NCBI GenBank assembly: GCA_002189035.1
Contig: NEEC01000014.1
Span: 1,116,001-1,180,000, forward strand
Direction: 5' to 3'
Length of the DNA: 64,000 bases
DNA from: Utricularia gibba
Taxonomy: Eukaryota; Plantae; Magnoliophyta
Position 1 is the first letter of the stretch; the number at the start of each line of letters is the position of its first letter. This document shows positions 27,524 to 40,474 of this stretch, one piece after another. Under the pieces are notes generated by a model. It worked only from the letters and a program-made list of their open reading frames with translations. It made no database searches and was not told the origin of the DNA. The position numbers and the translations under genes are program-made.

Positions 27524-27959
27524 TTTCATCTCAAATCATAAATCGAATAACTCACACCTTAATAATTCAATTTTGGATTTAACTCGTCACTTTAGATTTC
27601 TTGAGGATGATTTGCACAAGAGCATTTTTACTCGTTTTCGGAAATGCTGACATGGCATTTCTGATAATTGAGTTATTAGGTTTACTTTATTAAGTTTTCG
27701 TTACGTTTGTATTCATTTTCGAAAATCGTAATATTAAAATAAATATTATAAATTACATTTTAAATAAGAAACCCGATTTCCTCATTTCCGTTTCCGAAAA
27801 AAATAAAAATCAAGATTACTCATTTAAGTAACATTTAACTCATTTCTGGAAATGCCACATTAATATTTTTGGGAACGAATAAAGATGATCTAAATGTAAT
27901 TTTGAAAAAATGGGTTTATGATTTATCCGGCGTGACAAGGTGTACGTCGAGTGGCAGCT

Positions 27960-29269
27960 ATGGCTTCCTCCTTCCCTTATCTCTGTTTTACGCCTCTCAC
28001 GGATTCTGTTTCCAAGCGCACTCTGATCGAGTCCGTACATCGCAGATCTTTGGGCAGTTCTCAGATTTCTCCCAAGCTCGTCTCCTCACGAGCTGGAGCC
28101 ACTCTCGATGACAAGGGCTTCTACGGGGACTCTGCACCGGTTCCTTTGCAAGAGGAAGCACTGCCCTATAAGGTATTCAGAAGATCCTAATTTATGCGTT
28201 GTCCGGAATTGGGTATGCTTTACCTCTTTTGATTTCTTCCATTGGGCCCCTTCCCTTGTTCGTTTCTTTAAAATGCGTGTTTACCTTGTAATGTAGGCTA
28301 GGTGTATGATGAAATGATTGAAGCTGACACGGGTTTAATGTATGCGTAAATTATGTTAAGGAAGTGGAGGAGGCCATACGTGTACTCAAAACCGCTGCGA
28401 AGACTAGGAAAGTTGAGGCGAAGGAGATTCTTGGAGCTTTTTCTGTGATTGAGAAGGCAAAGCTTGATTCTGTTGGCTTTCTTGAGACACTTGGAGGAAC
28501 ACAGTCCCCTGGACGAACATGGATGCTTGTTTTTACTGCAGAGGTCAGGTTTCTCCGCTGTTCTCTATCCTCTATGTTCCATTCGATAATTCTTCTACTC
28601 CCACTTTTGATCAACAGAAAAAAATGGACAGTGGAAAATACTTCCCAATCACCGCTGTTCAGAGATTCGATGCTGCTGTAAGCTTCTTCTTGTAAATCCA
28701 GTTCCTGTTCTTATCTCCAGTTCTCCTAGAGATCGCCTCAATTCCAATATATATTCAACCGAAATTTGTGCTTGTGAAAATGAAATGTCCATTGTGTTTC
28801 TGTTTTGGGCCACTTCTGTTATTACTAATTGTCTCTACCCCTTATCATATTTACTGATTCTGACATCATAAGCAGCTTATTTCAACTTCTCCTAGACAAT
28901 CAAACTCATCAGTAGTTCTCTGCCTGACATATCCCTGGAAGTGTGTAACACTTTTTGAAGTTTCGGTTTTCATGGTGCAGGGAAGAGAATTGAGAATGGT
29001 GTGTACCTAGGTGCTCTTGGGAGCCTAACCTTTGAGGGGCGATTTGCATGGAAGAAGAGAATCCTCGCATTCGTATTCGAAGAGATTCGAGTAAAACTGG
29101 GACCATTTGATCCCTTAAAAGTGCGCTTCAACAGCAAAGATACTGAAAGGGAGCCAGGGAACAAGGATCCATTCTTCATCTGGTTCTATGTTGATGAGGA
29201 GATTGCTGTTGCTCGTGGCCGCAGCGGGGAACTGCTTTCTGGGTTCGTTGCCAACGTATAGGAGACTGA
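27960..29269 (+). CDS. Conserved plastid protein, fibrillin-like (At1g18060-like), 4 exons
   Basis: Transit peptide; LGGTQSPGRTWMLVFTAE, YFPITAVQRFDAA, IENGVYLG, DPFFIWFYVDEEIAVARGRSG. One missing G at 29226-29229 restores GTAFWVRCQRIGD*. Confidence 0.8.
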
Positions 29270-29522
29270 AGATAGCTAAAGTTTTTTTTTTTTGGGACAA
29301 ATGCAATGGTACAGAACTGCAGATATGTTCAATGTGTTGTGTATATTTGTGTTTTAATTTTCTAAATTTAAATATGATTGAAATTAATTATCTTAATTTT
29401 TATAATATAAAAATGATGAAATATTTAATTTGAAGATTTTAATAATATTCATGAATAGGGAGGGAGGGAGTGGCGTTGATAGCTGGCGGTAAACTCTGGA
29501 ACCCTAGTATCGGTGGCCGGAG

Positions 29523-30530
29523 ATGACGATTGAAGAAGAGGCGTCTGTTGAAGCGGCGGCGGAGGAGCGGCGGGAGAGGCTGAGAGCGCTCAGAGCTGCA
29601 AGGGAACTCCTCAACGCCCCTGAAGAGGACAATTCGGGAAACGATAACGATCTGCGCAATGGAGAAGGAGATGGTGCTCAAGATCAAGATGAAGAGGAAA
29701 CGTAACTCCCGTTCCCTTGGTATTCGAGATCAAGATGACGTGCTTTTGGTTGCGTTTTTTTCCCTGAAATTTGGTTGGAAAGTTTTTGATCCTCCAAGCC
29801 CTAATTTCTTGTGTTTTACAATCTTTTGGGCGATTTCTTACTCTATAACAAACGTTTTTGGTGTGTGGATTCTCTGAGCCTTTCTCTAGCTCTATACGTT
29901 CACTTGTGTGGAAGCTGTACTGAAGTAGCAGCTGCAATTCGATTTTGCAGTGATGTTAATGTGAAATTTCGGAATTACCTTCCTAATGACAAGCGGCTTC
30001 AACAAGGCAAACTAGCACCGCCAGTGTTACCAAAATTTGAGGAACCATCTCAAATTGCGGCTCCAATCCCAGAGGAGAAGAAAGAGGTGATTGATCTCAG
30101 GGGCTAACTAACTCCCTTTCAACTCACATTGCTTACATTACTTAGCTGAATAACCTGCAGGATCCATTTCTGCGCATTGCACCGAAGAAGCCAAACTGGG
30201 ATCTCAGAAGGGATGTGCAAAAGAAACTTGATAAGCTAGAAAGACGCACTCAGAAGGCTTTGCTGACACTCATGGGTATGTTTACTTCCTCACCTTGCGG
30301 TTAGCTTTATCTAGTTTTTGGCCATTAGCTTTATACAACACACACAAGCATCTCCAATTAGTGTCGCGGGAATTCAATGTACCATTGGATCAATCCCATA
30401 AGGCTTAGGCTACTTGCACTTGAGTTGGTAGCTTGTTTCGTTCATTCTAAGCCCATTATACATCTCATGTGCAGAAAGGGAGGAAGCGAAAAGAAAGTCA
30501 CCAGGAGAAGGCGAAGATGAACAAGGCTGA
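29523..30530 (+). CDS. Pre-mRNA splicing factor Cwf18/CCDC12, 4 exons
   Basis: EERRERLRALR, VKFRNYLP.D, IAPKKPNWDLRRDVQKKLDKLERRTQKA. Confidence 0.92.
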
Positions 30531-30696
30531 AAGTTTTTGTTCATCTCATCATTTTCATGTTAAGTTCATTCAGCTGCACTTGACTTTTTCTATTTAGATT
30601 TAGAAGTTTAAAAGTGAGTATTGAAAAAGAGTACTCCAAAACTTCAGATTTACAACCAACCGGATATGCTGAATGTCCCCTTGTCAGTTGCGAAAG

Positions 30697-33600
30697 TTAC
30701 CATTCACTCTCAGTTACCTGAGTTACAATACCCATGGCAATGGTTCTCCCGGAAGCTCTGAGAAACACCCTTCCCAGAGCCCTACACTTGCTATACTCTT
30801 CGACACAGACGGCTTCATCCAGAATCACCTGAGAAAAGGAAATGTAATTGAATCAAGAAGTAAATGCTACTGGATTGAATATTTCAATTCTTGAAGATGA
30901 ACCTCAATGATGGCGTTCTGCTTGGATACTAAACACCTTGGAGACTTTTTTGTCACTGCACCTGTCTTGGGATCAAGCACAGACAGTATCCTTGAAACTC
31001 TTGCAGCAGTTTTTGCGTGGTGTATATGAAACTCTACCTGCAACCAACCAATCAAAATGCAGGTTATGCAACAAAAATGCACAATAGCTCTTGCACTTAT
31101 GTGTTTTTTTTTTTTTTCCTGAAATACTTTTACCTGAGAACCCATGAGTATCGGTGTTGAGATATCAAGCACAAGGATCTTGAGTTCCAAACAGCTCGAG
31201 ACCTTGACTGGAAAATCGGGGTGGCATATAACGCCTCCGCCTGCCACATGATTCATGTCGATGCCTTGCAAAATAACTGTGACATTGTCTCCAGCCCGAG
31301 CGACGTCACACGGATGAGAATCGCGGCTCAAGGATTGAACTTTGGCTCTTTCTTTAGATGGCAAAACAAGAACCTGCAACGAAGAGGTGAGTGCTCAAAA
31401 CAAATAATCTTATTGTTTTGTTTCTACACTTGTACCTTATCTCCTGCACTGATAGTACCACTTTCCAGTTTCCCACATGCTGAGACCTGGTTTTGGGATT
31501 CTAGCTTGATCACATCACAGACCGGCATCAACAATGACTTGGAGTAATCTCTTACAGGAAGTTGAATAGAATCTATGGCTTCCAACAGGGAAGGTCCTTC
31601 AAACCTGCAGGAGTGGAGATTTTCGAGCAGGTCAACACATCAACGTCAAAAAGTGTACAGAGATGAAGCTGCCTAAAACCAACTAGCAACACATCACTAA
31701 GTCATCAAAAGGAGCGCAAGGGCTGGTGTGGAACTTAACCATGACAGCCTCGCATCTGAAGGCTTTTCTATCAAATTTTGGTTTTCCATTGCACTTGCAG
31801 GAATATATGTAACAGAAGAATCCTTGTATCCGCAAGAACGGAGAAACGTCCCTAGTTTCTGGGTAATGGCATTGTATCGTTCCTTGGAGTATTCAACCAC
31901 ATCCATTTTGTTCACAACAACAATGACTTGATCCACTCCAAAACTTCGAATGAGCTGCGCATGTTCCCTTGTTTGACCCCGGGATGCATCCATGCCTCCC
32001 TCGAAGGAACCCATGGAACCATCAACTACTAAGATTGCAGCATCCGCTTGAGTTGCTCCTGAGATCATGTTCGGAACAAGATCTCTATGCCCTGGAGAGT
32101 CCAGCAGAACCACATCATATTTTCTGGATTTCAAAAAAGCAACACCTACTGTCATAGTTATGCCCCTGTCTCTTTCTTCAGGGCTTTCATCCATGGCCCA
32201 TGCATAAGCAAACGAACCCTTGCCCTGGTGCAAGCATGGCAGAATAAAGTACTGCAATATTAAGGCAGAGGCACCTGAAGATTAAAAAAAAAAGAGTTAC
32301 ATGCTGTTTAGCTTCTTCAGCATATTTGTGCATCTCCTTCTGGGATATTCGTCCCAGCAAGTGCAACAGCCTTCCTGAAAGCGTTGATTTTCCAGAATCA
32401 ACATGGCCAACCTAGTTATACAGAAAGACATTATCAAAGTCTTGAGGATGTTATTATAGTGAAGGGCAACTGCAAAGCAGTAAGGGGTAACTTACTACTG
32501 CAAGATTAAGCTGATTTGACACGCCTTCTCGTTTCTCGGCAGTCTTCTGTTTGTTCAGGTTAGCTGAAGTCGATTTTTTCTCAAGATCAGTTTTTGCTTT
32601 CCCACGACCCGAATGTGAAGGCTTTGGTTTTCCACCGTTGGAAGCAGAAAAAGTTTTTCTTCCACTGACCAATTCTGAATCATCCTCAGCCAGTCCACTG
32701 TGATGATCCTTGGCAGCTAATTTTGACTCCATTGGAGCAATTCTCTCTCTTTTAGTGGACAAATTATCTACATTAAATATTGAGCAATTAGCAATAGCCA
32801 TCACATTTTGAGTAAAAAAACAAAATGAAAGCTCATATATGCATGCTAAACCAGAAAATCACATACCACTGGATTTCAATCTAACTCCTTTTAATCCATT
32901 TGATACCAAGTCATCAGGTGATGGAACATCAAACTTGAAAGGATCTGCTAAAACCATTTGCATTTTAGAACAGACACGGTAGGAATTGCATACAAAAAAC
33001 AAATACGTAAATGTCAATTTGGATGAATAAAAAGCGTTTTTTTCAGGTGACCAACAACACGATTTACAACCTATATGAACTTTTTGTTTGTTTTGAGAGC
33101 TAAATGCCTTGTGAATTTCTCGAAAACTGCCATTAGAAATTCCAAGTTTATGGAAAATAGCAGTGTCATCTTTCGAAGAAGAATCTTGCTGCACGGCAAA
33201 AAAAGACTTTTTGGCAGGCTGTGGCAAACATGATGCAAAGAGGGACTTGGCCATCAATGATGCTCTAGCATCTTTCCACATGCCATCCAATGCATGAGGA
33301 TCATCTAAGAGATAACAGAAATATGAAAATAACAGTGAAGCTTTTGGAGAAAAAATAAACACGAGAAAAAGTCCAGCCTTATAAACTTTCGCAATATATA
33401 ACTTGTACAAAAAAGAAATACAGGCAGTGCGACCATTTACTAAGTAAACACTAGACCCAGACGACGAATAATGCTTAAACATGGAGAGATAGAATAGACC
33501 AGAAACCCCAGAATCAGCAGAGTCATTAGAATGATTGTATAAAAGCAGATACATCCAAGCAATTAAATTCACACACAAAGTCCATTAGGCTCACCTTCAG

Positions 33601-34090
33601 AAGAATCACTTCTACTACTAGGTTTCACCAAAGGATTCCTCAGAACACCACATATGTCGCATGCAGTAAAGCTATCTTCATTATAATACGTACAAATTGG
33701 ACAAGACCAGCCTATAACGGCCACTTCCTGCCTTGACATCGCATTTGCATCTGTTCCTAACTCAAAAAAACCAACAAAGACTGAAATTCAGGCATGCGAA
33801 TAATCAAGGAAATTTAATCCTAAAACGTGTTGCCTACAGCTCCAAGATTAAACAATATCAACCATGCTCAGTTTCAATTATATTGAGTTATCTACAAAAG
33901 AGGTACCGTGGAATGTTCTGTAACCAAGATCGATTTTAACATGAACGGCCCAAGTTCACACCGGGTTAGGAAAGCTAACCTTGCAAAGTCCTACCACTTT
34001 CGGGAAGTTCATCGGCAGAATCGTAACCATAATCATCAAATTCATCATACTCATCTTCAAAATGTGCTCGATACCCCCCTTGTGAGGCAT
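30697..34090 (-). CDS. HBS1: HBS1-like translational GTPase (HBS1/SKI7) with RanBP2-type zinc finger
   Basis: WSCPICTY..CDICG zinc finger, PFKFDVPSPDDLVS, GHVDSGKSTL (G1), DSPGHRDL (G3), NKMD (G4), and EF1A-like domains II/III ending LGRVFLRASGRTIAMGIV. Apparent missing G at 34074-34079. Confidence 0.93.
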
Positions 34091-34532
34091 GTTCACCAGT
34101 TCTGCAACACGCAATCAACCAAAACAATTACTCATGGAAAGAGCACGTCCCAGAAGCAAACATTCCATTAAATACTACGAAAACTCACCACCTGAAGCCT
34201 AAACAATTCAATCAGAAATGTAATCCCTCTGGGCAAACTTCCAGTTCTAATTAAACACCATTTTCGCTGAATCGGAAAAAAAACGCCTACGCATTCGCGC
34301 CAATTTGCCGCGGCTTCCGCGTGCCCAATTTCTGAAATTGATTCCTAGTTACGGAGGTTTATGGCAAAACTCCATTTCCGCAGTTCAGGCGAGATATTAC
34401 CTAGGGGTATTTTAGGGAATCATCATTTGATCAAATTCTATTCCTAAGGGGTAGTTTAGGGAATTACCTTTTGATCAAAACCACGCCGTTGTACCGGTTT
34501 CCGCCATTTCTCTCCTACGGCGGAAGTTGAAG

Positions 34533-36108
34533 ATGGATGCTTCTGGAATGAGCCTTGACGTTGAGGAAGGAGAAGGAGACGTGGATCGGTTCAGTGCCTT
34601 GCCTGATTCTGTAATATGTCGCATTCTCTCTTTGGTAACAACTAAGGAAGCTGTGGCTACGAGCATCTTGGGGAAGAGATGGAGGTTTGTGTGGACGAAC
34701 CTTCAGAATTTGGTTTTTGATTTCAGAAAGCATAGGTTGGAAAATTTCATTGAGCGCGGATATTATACTCCGGGTAGCGGGCGAACGCCTTCTGAGACTG
34801 AACTGGAGAAACTTAATGATCGAGTTGATCAAGTTCAGGGTCCTTATAAAGAGATCGTCCATTCCAGTGATTTGGGCCTTGGTGCCATTCTTCGCAGGGT
34901 TTTTTCTTTGCATAATGCTGTGGATTTGGATATTTTCCAGCTTACTTATCGTCTTTTCGACTTGAAGGACGTTGATTTTTGTGAATGTATTGAGAAAGTG
35001 GTTGCTCGAGGGGTGAAAAATATTGAGATAGCATGTGTTTATGTATCTCCATTCTTTTATGGGAACAGGGTGCCAGTTTCTTTGCTTAACAGCAAGAATC
35101 TTGTTAGTATGAGGCTTAGTAGGTGTTATATCTGCATCCGGTCTGGTAAAACAGTTTGTTTGGTGAATTTGAAAAGGCTTTACCTGGATGATGTGAAGTC
35201 TCAGAAGACGACGACTCTGAGTCATTTGATTGCCGGTTGTCCAGTTCTTGAAGAGCTGACTGTGAAGCAGCTTCGTGTAGCAGACTTTCCTACATTCAAG
35301 ATAAAATCGCAGACACTAAGGGTCTTGAATGCTGTATTCACTGGGTTCGGTATGATTGACATTGATGGAATGAAATGGGACGTAGTAGCCCCTAATGTCA
35401 CCACATTCCGTTTGTCTTTTGGGAAGCTCCCGTATTCACTTGTTCCTCTTCCCTTCAAGGCTCTTCGTAAATTCTCTAATCTTAAGTGGCTTGGACTGCG
35501 CTACAATTTCTTCTCTGTATGTAATGCATGTTGGTTTTGTCCCTAGTTGTTTAGTTTTTTTTTTGTAAATCTAATGGAACTTTCCTGAGTGAAGCTTCTT
35601 GATGATCCTGTACCACGTATGGGATCAGCCCCAAAGCTACCCAACTTGGAAGGTCTTGAATTAGGCACTGATGTAGTTGGTCTCTTTCGGTTGCTTCAGA
35701 ATGCTGTTAATCTGAAACACCTCAAGGTTATTTTAAGGTGTAACATACACAGCCTTTTTCTTAACTCTACATCGAGATCTGAATGCCCCTTTTGCTTTTC
35801 AGGTCGAATATTACCTACTGGAATGGGAGTATCCCCCAAAAGCTCCTCGATGTTTGAAGCACAGTATTGAAACCATCTCGATTGTCGGGTTCTCTGGTGG
35901 TGAAGAACAGCTTCAGATCATCAATTACTTCATAGAGAATGCCACAGCCTTGAAGAGCATATCTGTTTGCTGCGATCCGCTTAGCTGCACTTCTGCGGAG
36001 GCAAAGCACCTTGAAGCCATTAAAAGGACTTTTAACTCGCTCGAATACCATGTCCATGAAGAGAGTGACGATCTTTGGAAGAGCGGCTGCTACGTTAACT
36101 CAGTCTAA
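34533..36108 (+). CDS. F-box/LRR/FBD protein, 3 exons
   Basis: DRFSALPDSVICRILSLVTTKEAVATSILGKRWRFVW (F-box), LVNLKRLYL..LIAGCPVLEELTV (LRR), PRCLKHSIETISIVGFSGGEEQLQIINYFIENATALK (FBD). Confidence 0.9.
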
Positions 36109-36309
36109 AGAGCTGGGGTGATGGATGATCTTCCAACCAGCTTTCCCCCTTTAATCCTTTTGAGATGGTTTTTAGCCAGAAAAACCACTTGTTTTGCGAT
36201 CTGCAGCACTTGGGAACACATTTTGCAAATATGAAGTTGCTGTTGCTCAGTTGTTTGTCTGTCTCCCTCACAACTCAACAATACAGAAAAGGTATGTAAA
36301 TTTGATCTA

Positions 36310-39300
36310 CTACACCATGGCAGGCCTTTGAGGAAGCAGAATATTGTAAAACTTGTCTTCCAAGAAGAAATGCTTTCCCATACTGTCCACAGCTTTCTTC
36401 CAGCCACACCAGCCACCGTTGATTATTTTCTTCAGATCTTCACCGCCGGTATAGTGGGGGTCGAGGATCAGGAACGCACAGTCGCCACTCTGTTCATCAT
36501 AATCAACTCCGAGGAGAGTGTAAGCAAGAACCCCTCCACCTGTATGTGACCAAAAACTATTAGTTATTCAACATGAAACTGGTAAACTGAGTGTAGGAGG
36601 AGGATGCAGATGCTTCTTCGCACCAATCATGACCGGAGTTCCTTGAGTCTCAAAATGCAATGCAAGCTCTCGGCATTTCTCCGGCAGCTCAGCTCCTGAT
36701 CTGACGTTGATGATCTTACAGCTTACCTGTTAGGAAGGATGGATAACCAGGTAATGAAGTGTGATCCAGACGAACAGATGGAAATGGCAGGAGGTTCAGA
36801 AATCACCCCAAGTAGCTTGTCCAAGACGAAGCTCAACTCGATCGCGCCGATCCAATCTCGAGATCCAACAAATGAGGGATCCTTATCTCCGATATCTACT
36901 AATGACTGCTGTATTTCACTGAGTTCATCAGAAGTCACAATGGAACCAAATCAGCACTAATTTCTAAACCAGTATTTGTTGATTCGAATCTCCATACAAG
37001 AGTTGCCAGGCAGAGAAGACAGTCGGAGAGGATGGCTACCTGTGCGTTGGAACATCAATGGAGGAGTAGTGCTGCAACCTGAACCATGATATGATTGTCT
37101 GTAGAGAACGATAAGCACATCCCCAGCCCTGCGCCATGAAATGTTAACCATCAACTTTACATGGAGTCCTAAACGATGTAATGGCATTTTAGATGCCTCC
37201 ATCATGAAAGCTGCACATGTTGCAGCTCCATTAAGATCCCCACAAGCCTGGAAAACTCTAACAAGAAACCAGAAGGACCTTGAAAAGATGTACAGGAGAG
37301 ATGAAGAAACTTTGTTACCGAATCATCAAATCCATCTTGGAGGTAATGATAGTATTCATAAGAACCTTGGATAAGAGAGACATTGCCATTGGAAACTGCA
37401 CCAGAAGAAAGGAAGGAAAATCAGCTGAGCAGGAAATTGCAGTCCAGAAGGCTTGAGATGACAATTACCTCCACTGGCTGGAATGCCATGATGAACATCT
37501 TTTAGCAAAAATGGTCCTACAGCAGGCGATGAACCATTCAGTCATAAGCAGTAAACTCTGACACATTGAACTATATGAAGATGCAAATACCCTTTGACTT
37601 CGGTTTCCCCTTGGAGTTGTCCTTTACTGGAGAAAAATTTATGGCATTGGCAATCCTCAGAAGAGGACGATCAAATGGCAAGCCCAATCTCTGGTGCAGT
37701 GACTTTCGGTACTCAACTACACATCATGAGCAAATTAAACTACCATTATCAAGTAGAATTCCAGACAGAGCTTCATACATTGTCAATAAACAACATTTCA
37801 GAAGCTAGAGTACTTCAAATAAAATCACCTTGCTTTATTTCTGTCTCCCCATAGCTGGTTTCGTATAATACTGTGATTGGATGAAGAATTCCGACAGGAA
37901 TAAAGTGGTATGGTTGCAGCTGTGAACGGATTAGAAGATGTTAGCAGCCATAAACTGGAGAAAAGAAGCTTCACTGAACATGGAAATTGTCTTTGCAGAA
38001 GACTACCCCTGGGAGCATGTTATACAGTTGCACTATATAAGCATTCAGATATACATCTCCCCGAGAAAACATTGATATTGACATACAATACGATATTGCC
38101 TCACCACTACTTGCCGGTTTTCAAGGTCTGGAAAAATCTTGCTTTTCATTGCTCTTAATTGATCCATTATCCCAGGGATGATTAACTTGGATATCACATG
38201 AATTAGCTGAACATCCCTTGAGGCATAAGAGAGAACTTCCAGCTTTTGGTTTACAACCCAAAACTTAGCCTCGCCATTAGCTGAAAACATTGTTCAGAAA
38301 AAATCTCAGCAAGCATAAGACATACATCAACGCAGATAGGCAGTAAGACAAGGTCTAGCAACAATGAGCCATTTCAGTATAAAAGGTGCAAGACAGTTAT
38401 ACCTTGGCAATATTCAGCAAAAGGTGCAGCAGGATTGTGGTTACTCCTCGACCTATTAAACATGATGCTGACTAGAATTACATCTGCATCCTAGTCCGAT
38501 GAAAGAATAGATAGGCTGAATATTACCAACATACTAGATTTTGATTACATTTCATTGAGATGGAAAGTGTACCTTCTCAATGAATGTAACCTGCCTTGTA
38601 GTTTCAGCTTGGGGTAAACGTGGGAACATGTGAGAGACTGTGCAAGAAACTCCTCGGAAGGACCATATGAGAAAACATTCTCAGGAAGCTCTTCAGGCAG
38701 CTCTAAGTCTGTTCCATGGAGAATGATGGGTGCAGATCCACATGAAGTGCTATTTTTCCCTTCTACGATGAATGCAGTTTCTGGACCCCTGAGTGTCTGT
38801 TCCACAAGATGGATAGCTTGTTCATATGCACCTTCCACATCTAGAAATGGAAGAATACTGAGCGATCAAAAACAGTTCAAGATGCCCTTCTGCATAAAAG
38901 CTAGAATATGGTTTGCAGTTCAACATGAAATAAACAATTCGGATTTGATCATTTCGCTCAACCAGACAAGGGAAGCAAAAGGTGTAGGATTGATGAAATA
39001 TTGTGGCTGTCAGGTATAAGATTTTCCATCTGCCACATTGTTATGAAGTCATAAAATCATTCCCCTGACACACACAGACAGATGAGATTCAGCAGCACAG
39101 ATTAATACTGCACCTTTGGGGTTGTTTGAGGAGCAATATATGGGTAACTTCAGCGGAAGTTCACAGCGAACAATGCAACTATTTTTCCAAACTTCCATCT
39201 CAGGCTGATCAACATAACCATCAGAAGCATTCACTTTCGTAAGATTATCAATCTTGCCCGCCCTTGATAAGTAGAAGTGCACATCTCCATCACCACTTGC

Positions 39301-39903
39301 ATTTTTCAGATCCAAGACACCACCAATCAGCATCATATCTTCATTAAAACTTCCAGCAAGGATCTTCCTTAAGTTCTTGGCTGCTGAAATAGCGAGAGCT
39401 GCAATTTTTTCTTCTTTCAAATTATCTTTCTCATGAGCAATAAGAGCCCCAATTACTTCAAACCCCCTTGGGAGGAGACCTCGCATTTCACCTGTCCATT
39501 ATCATGACATACGCAGTAGTATTATGGCTTATAATCTCATGAAGATATGCACATTCATCAAAAAAAAAAAAAAAAAAAAAAACAAGTCTTTAGCATGAAC
39601 TTCGAGAAACTGAATTTCAGCACAATATGAAAATTTGACATCAAAACCAAGGACCGTGTACATCAATTCCGCCAATGCCCAACCATCAAACTTCAACCTT
39701 GTGCACAAGTCGGGGGAACGCGAACCTGATTCCATTCGAAAATCGGGAGACAGGGGATCGCCTGGGAGAGAGTGGAGGCACTGAATCGTAGAGATGACGC
39801 TCACCGGAGGCAAAAACGGCGACCCAATCAGCCATTCCACTCCGACTCCCTTATTCGGTACCCCGAGATTCTTACATAGGATGCGTATTTGGACGTCACC
39901 CAT
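36310..39903 (-). CDS. UFSP: Ufm1-specific protease (peptidase C78), multi-exon
   Basis: [14 protein letters not shown]|[11 protein letters not shown] (catalytic Cys), [20 protein letters not shown] (DPH box). Confidence 0.93.
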
Positions 39904-40474
39904 GTCGGAAAATTTGTTACTCCGGCAAGAAAAATGGCAGAGTCCCAGTAAACCCTGGTGCCAGACAATAGTCAATGCCTGGGCTTTGGAGATACTGATT
40001 TATTGAACACGAGCGATGCTGATCCAAAAAAGTTCACTCTAAAATTTGCCATTTTATAGTATATTGAAGCTCATTCACTGGCAAGCAACAAGAACCATTC
40101 TTGAACCCGTTGAATTTCAATCATTTTCTTTTTCAGATTTTCGCTTCTCCGGAAAAAAAGCTGTTTAAACAAACTTAAATCCAATAAAGTGATTTCACAA
40201 ACTTGTCGACTAACATGCATCAAGAGAAATTCAGCATTTACAGAGACAATGGAAGAAATGATATACTATACAGATAAACTCTGCAGCATCCGTGCATGAG
40301 CCATAGAACCATCTAGACTGCTGATGTCTGTGAACTGAAGTGTATTTACACTCTTGGTAAAAAACCAGGGGTTGCTCCAAGATGTCATCTTGATGTGATC
40401 ATGGTGTCCTATCTTGGAGAAGCAGTCCATAATTTGGATGGAAGATCATTTTGGTAATCAGATTAAACTATGAA

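Noticed and set aside
39559-39582. Long A runs (also 7851-7867 and 58744-58762) as retro-insertion tails
   Set aside because: They are intronic T-tracts of minus-strand genes with no TSD or retroelement body.
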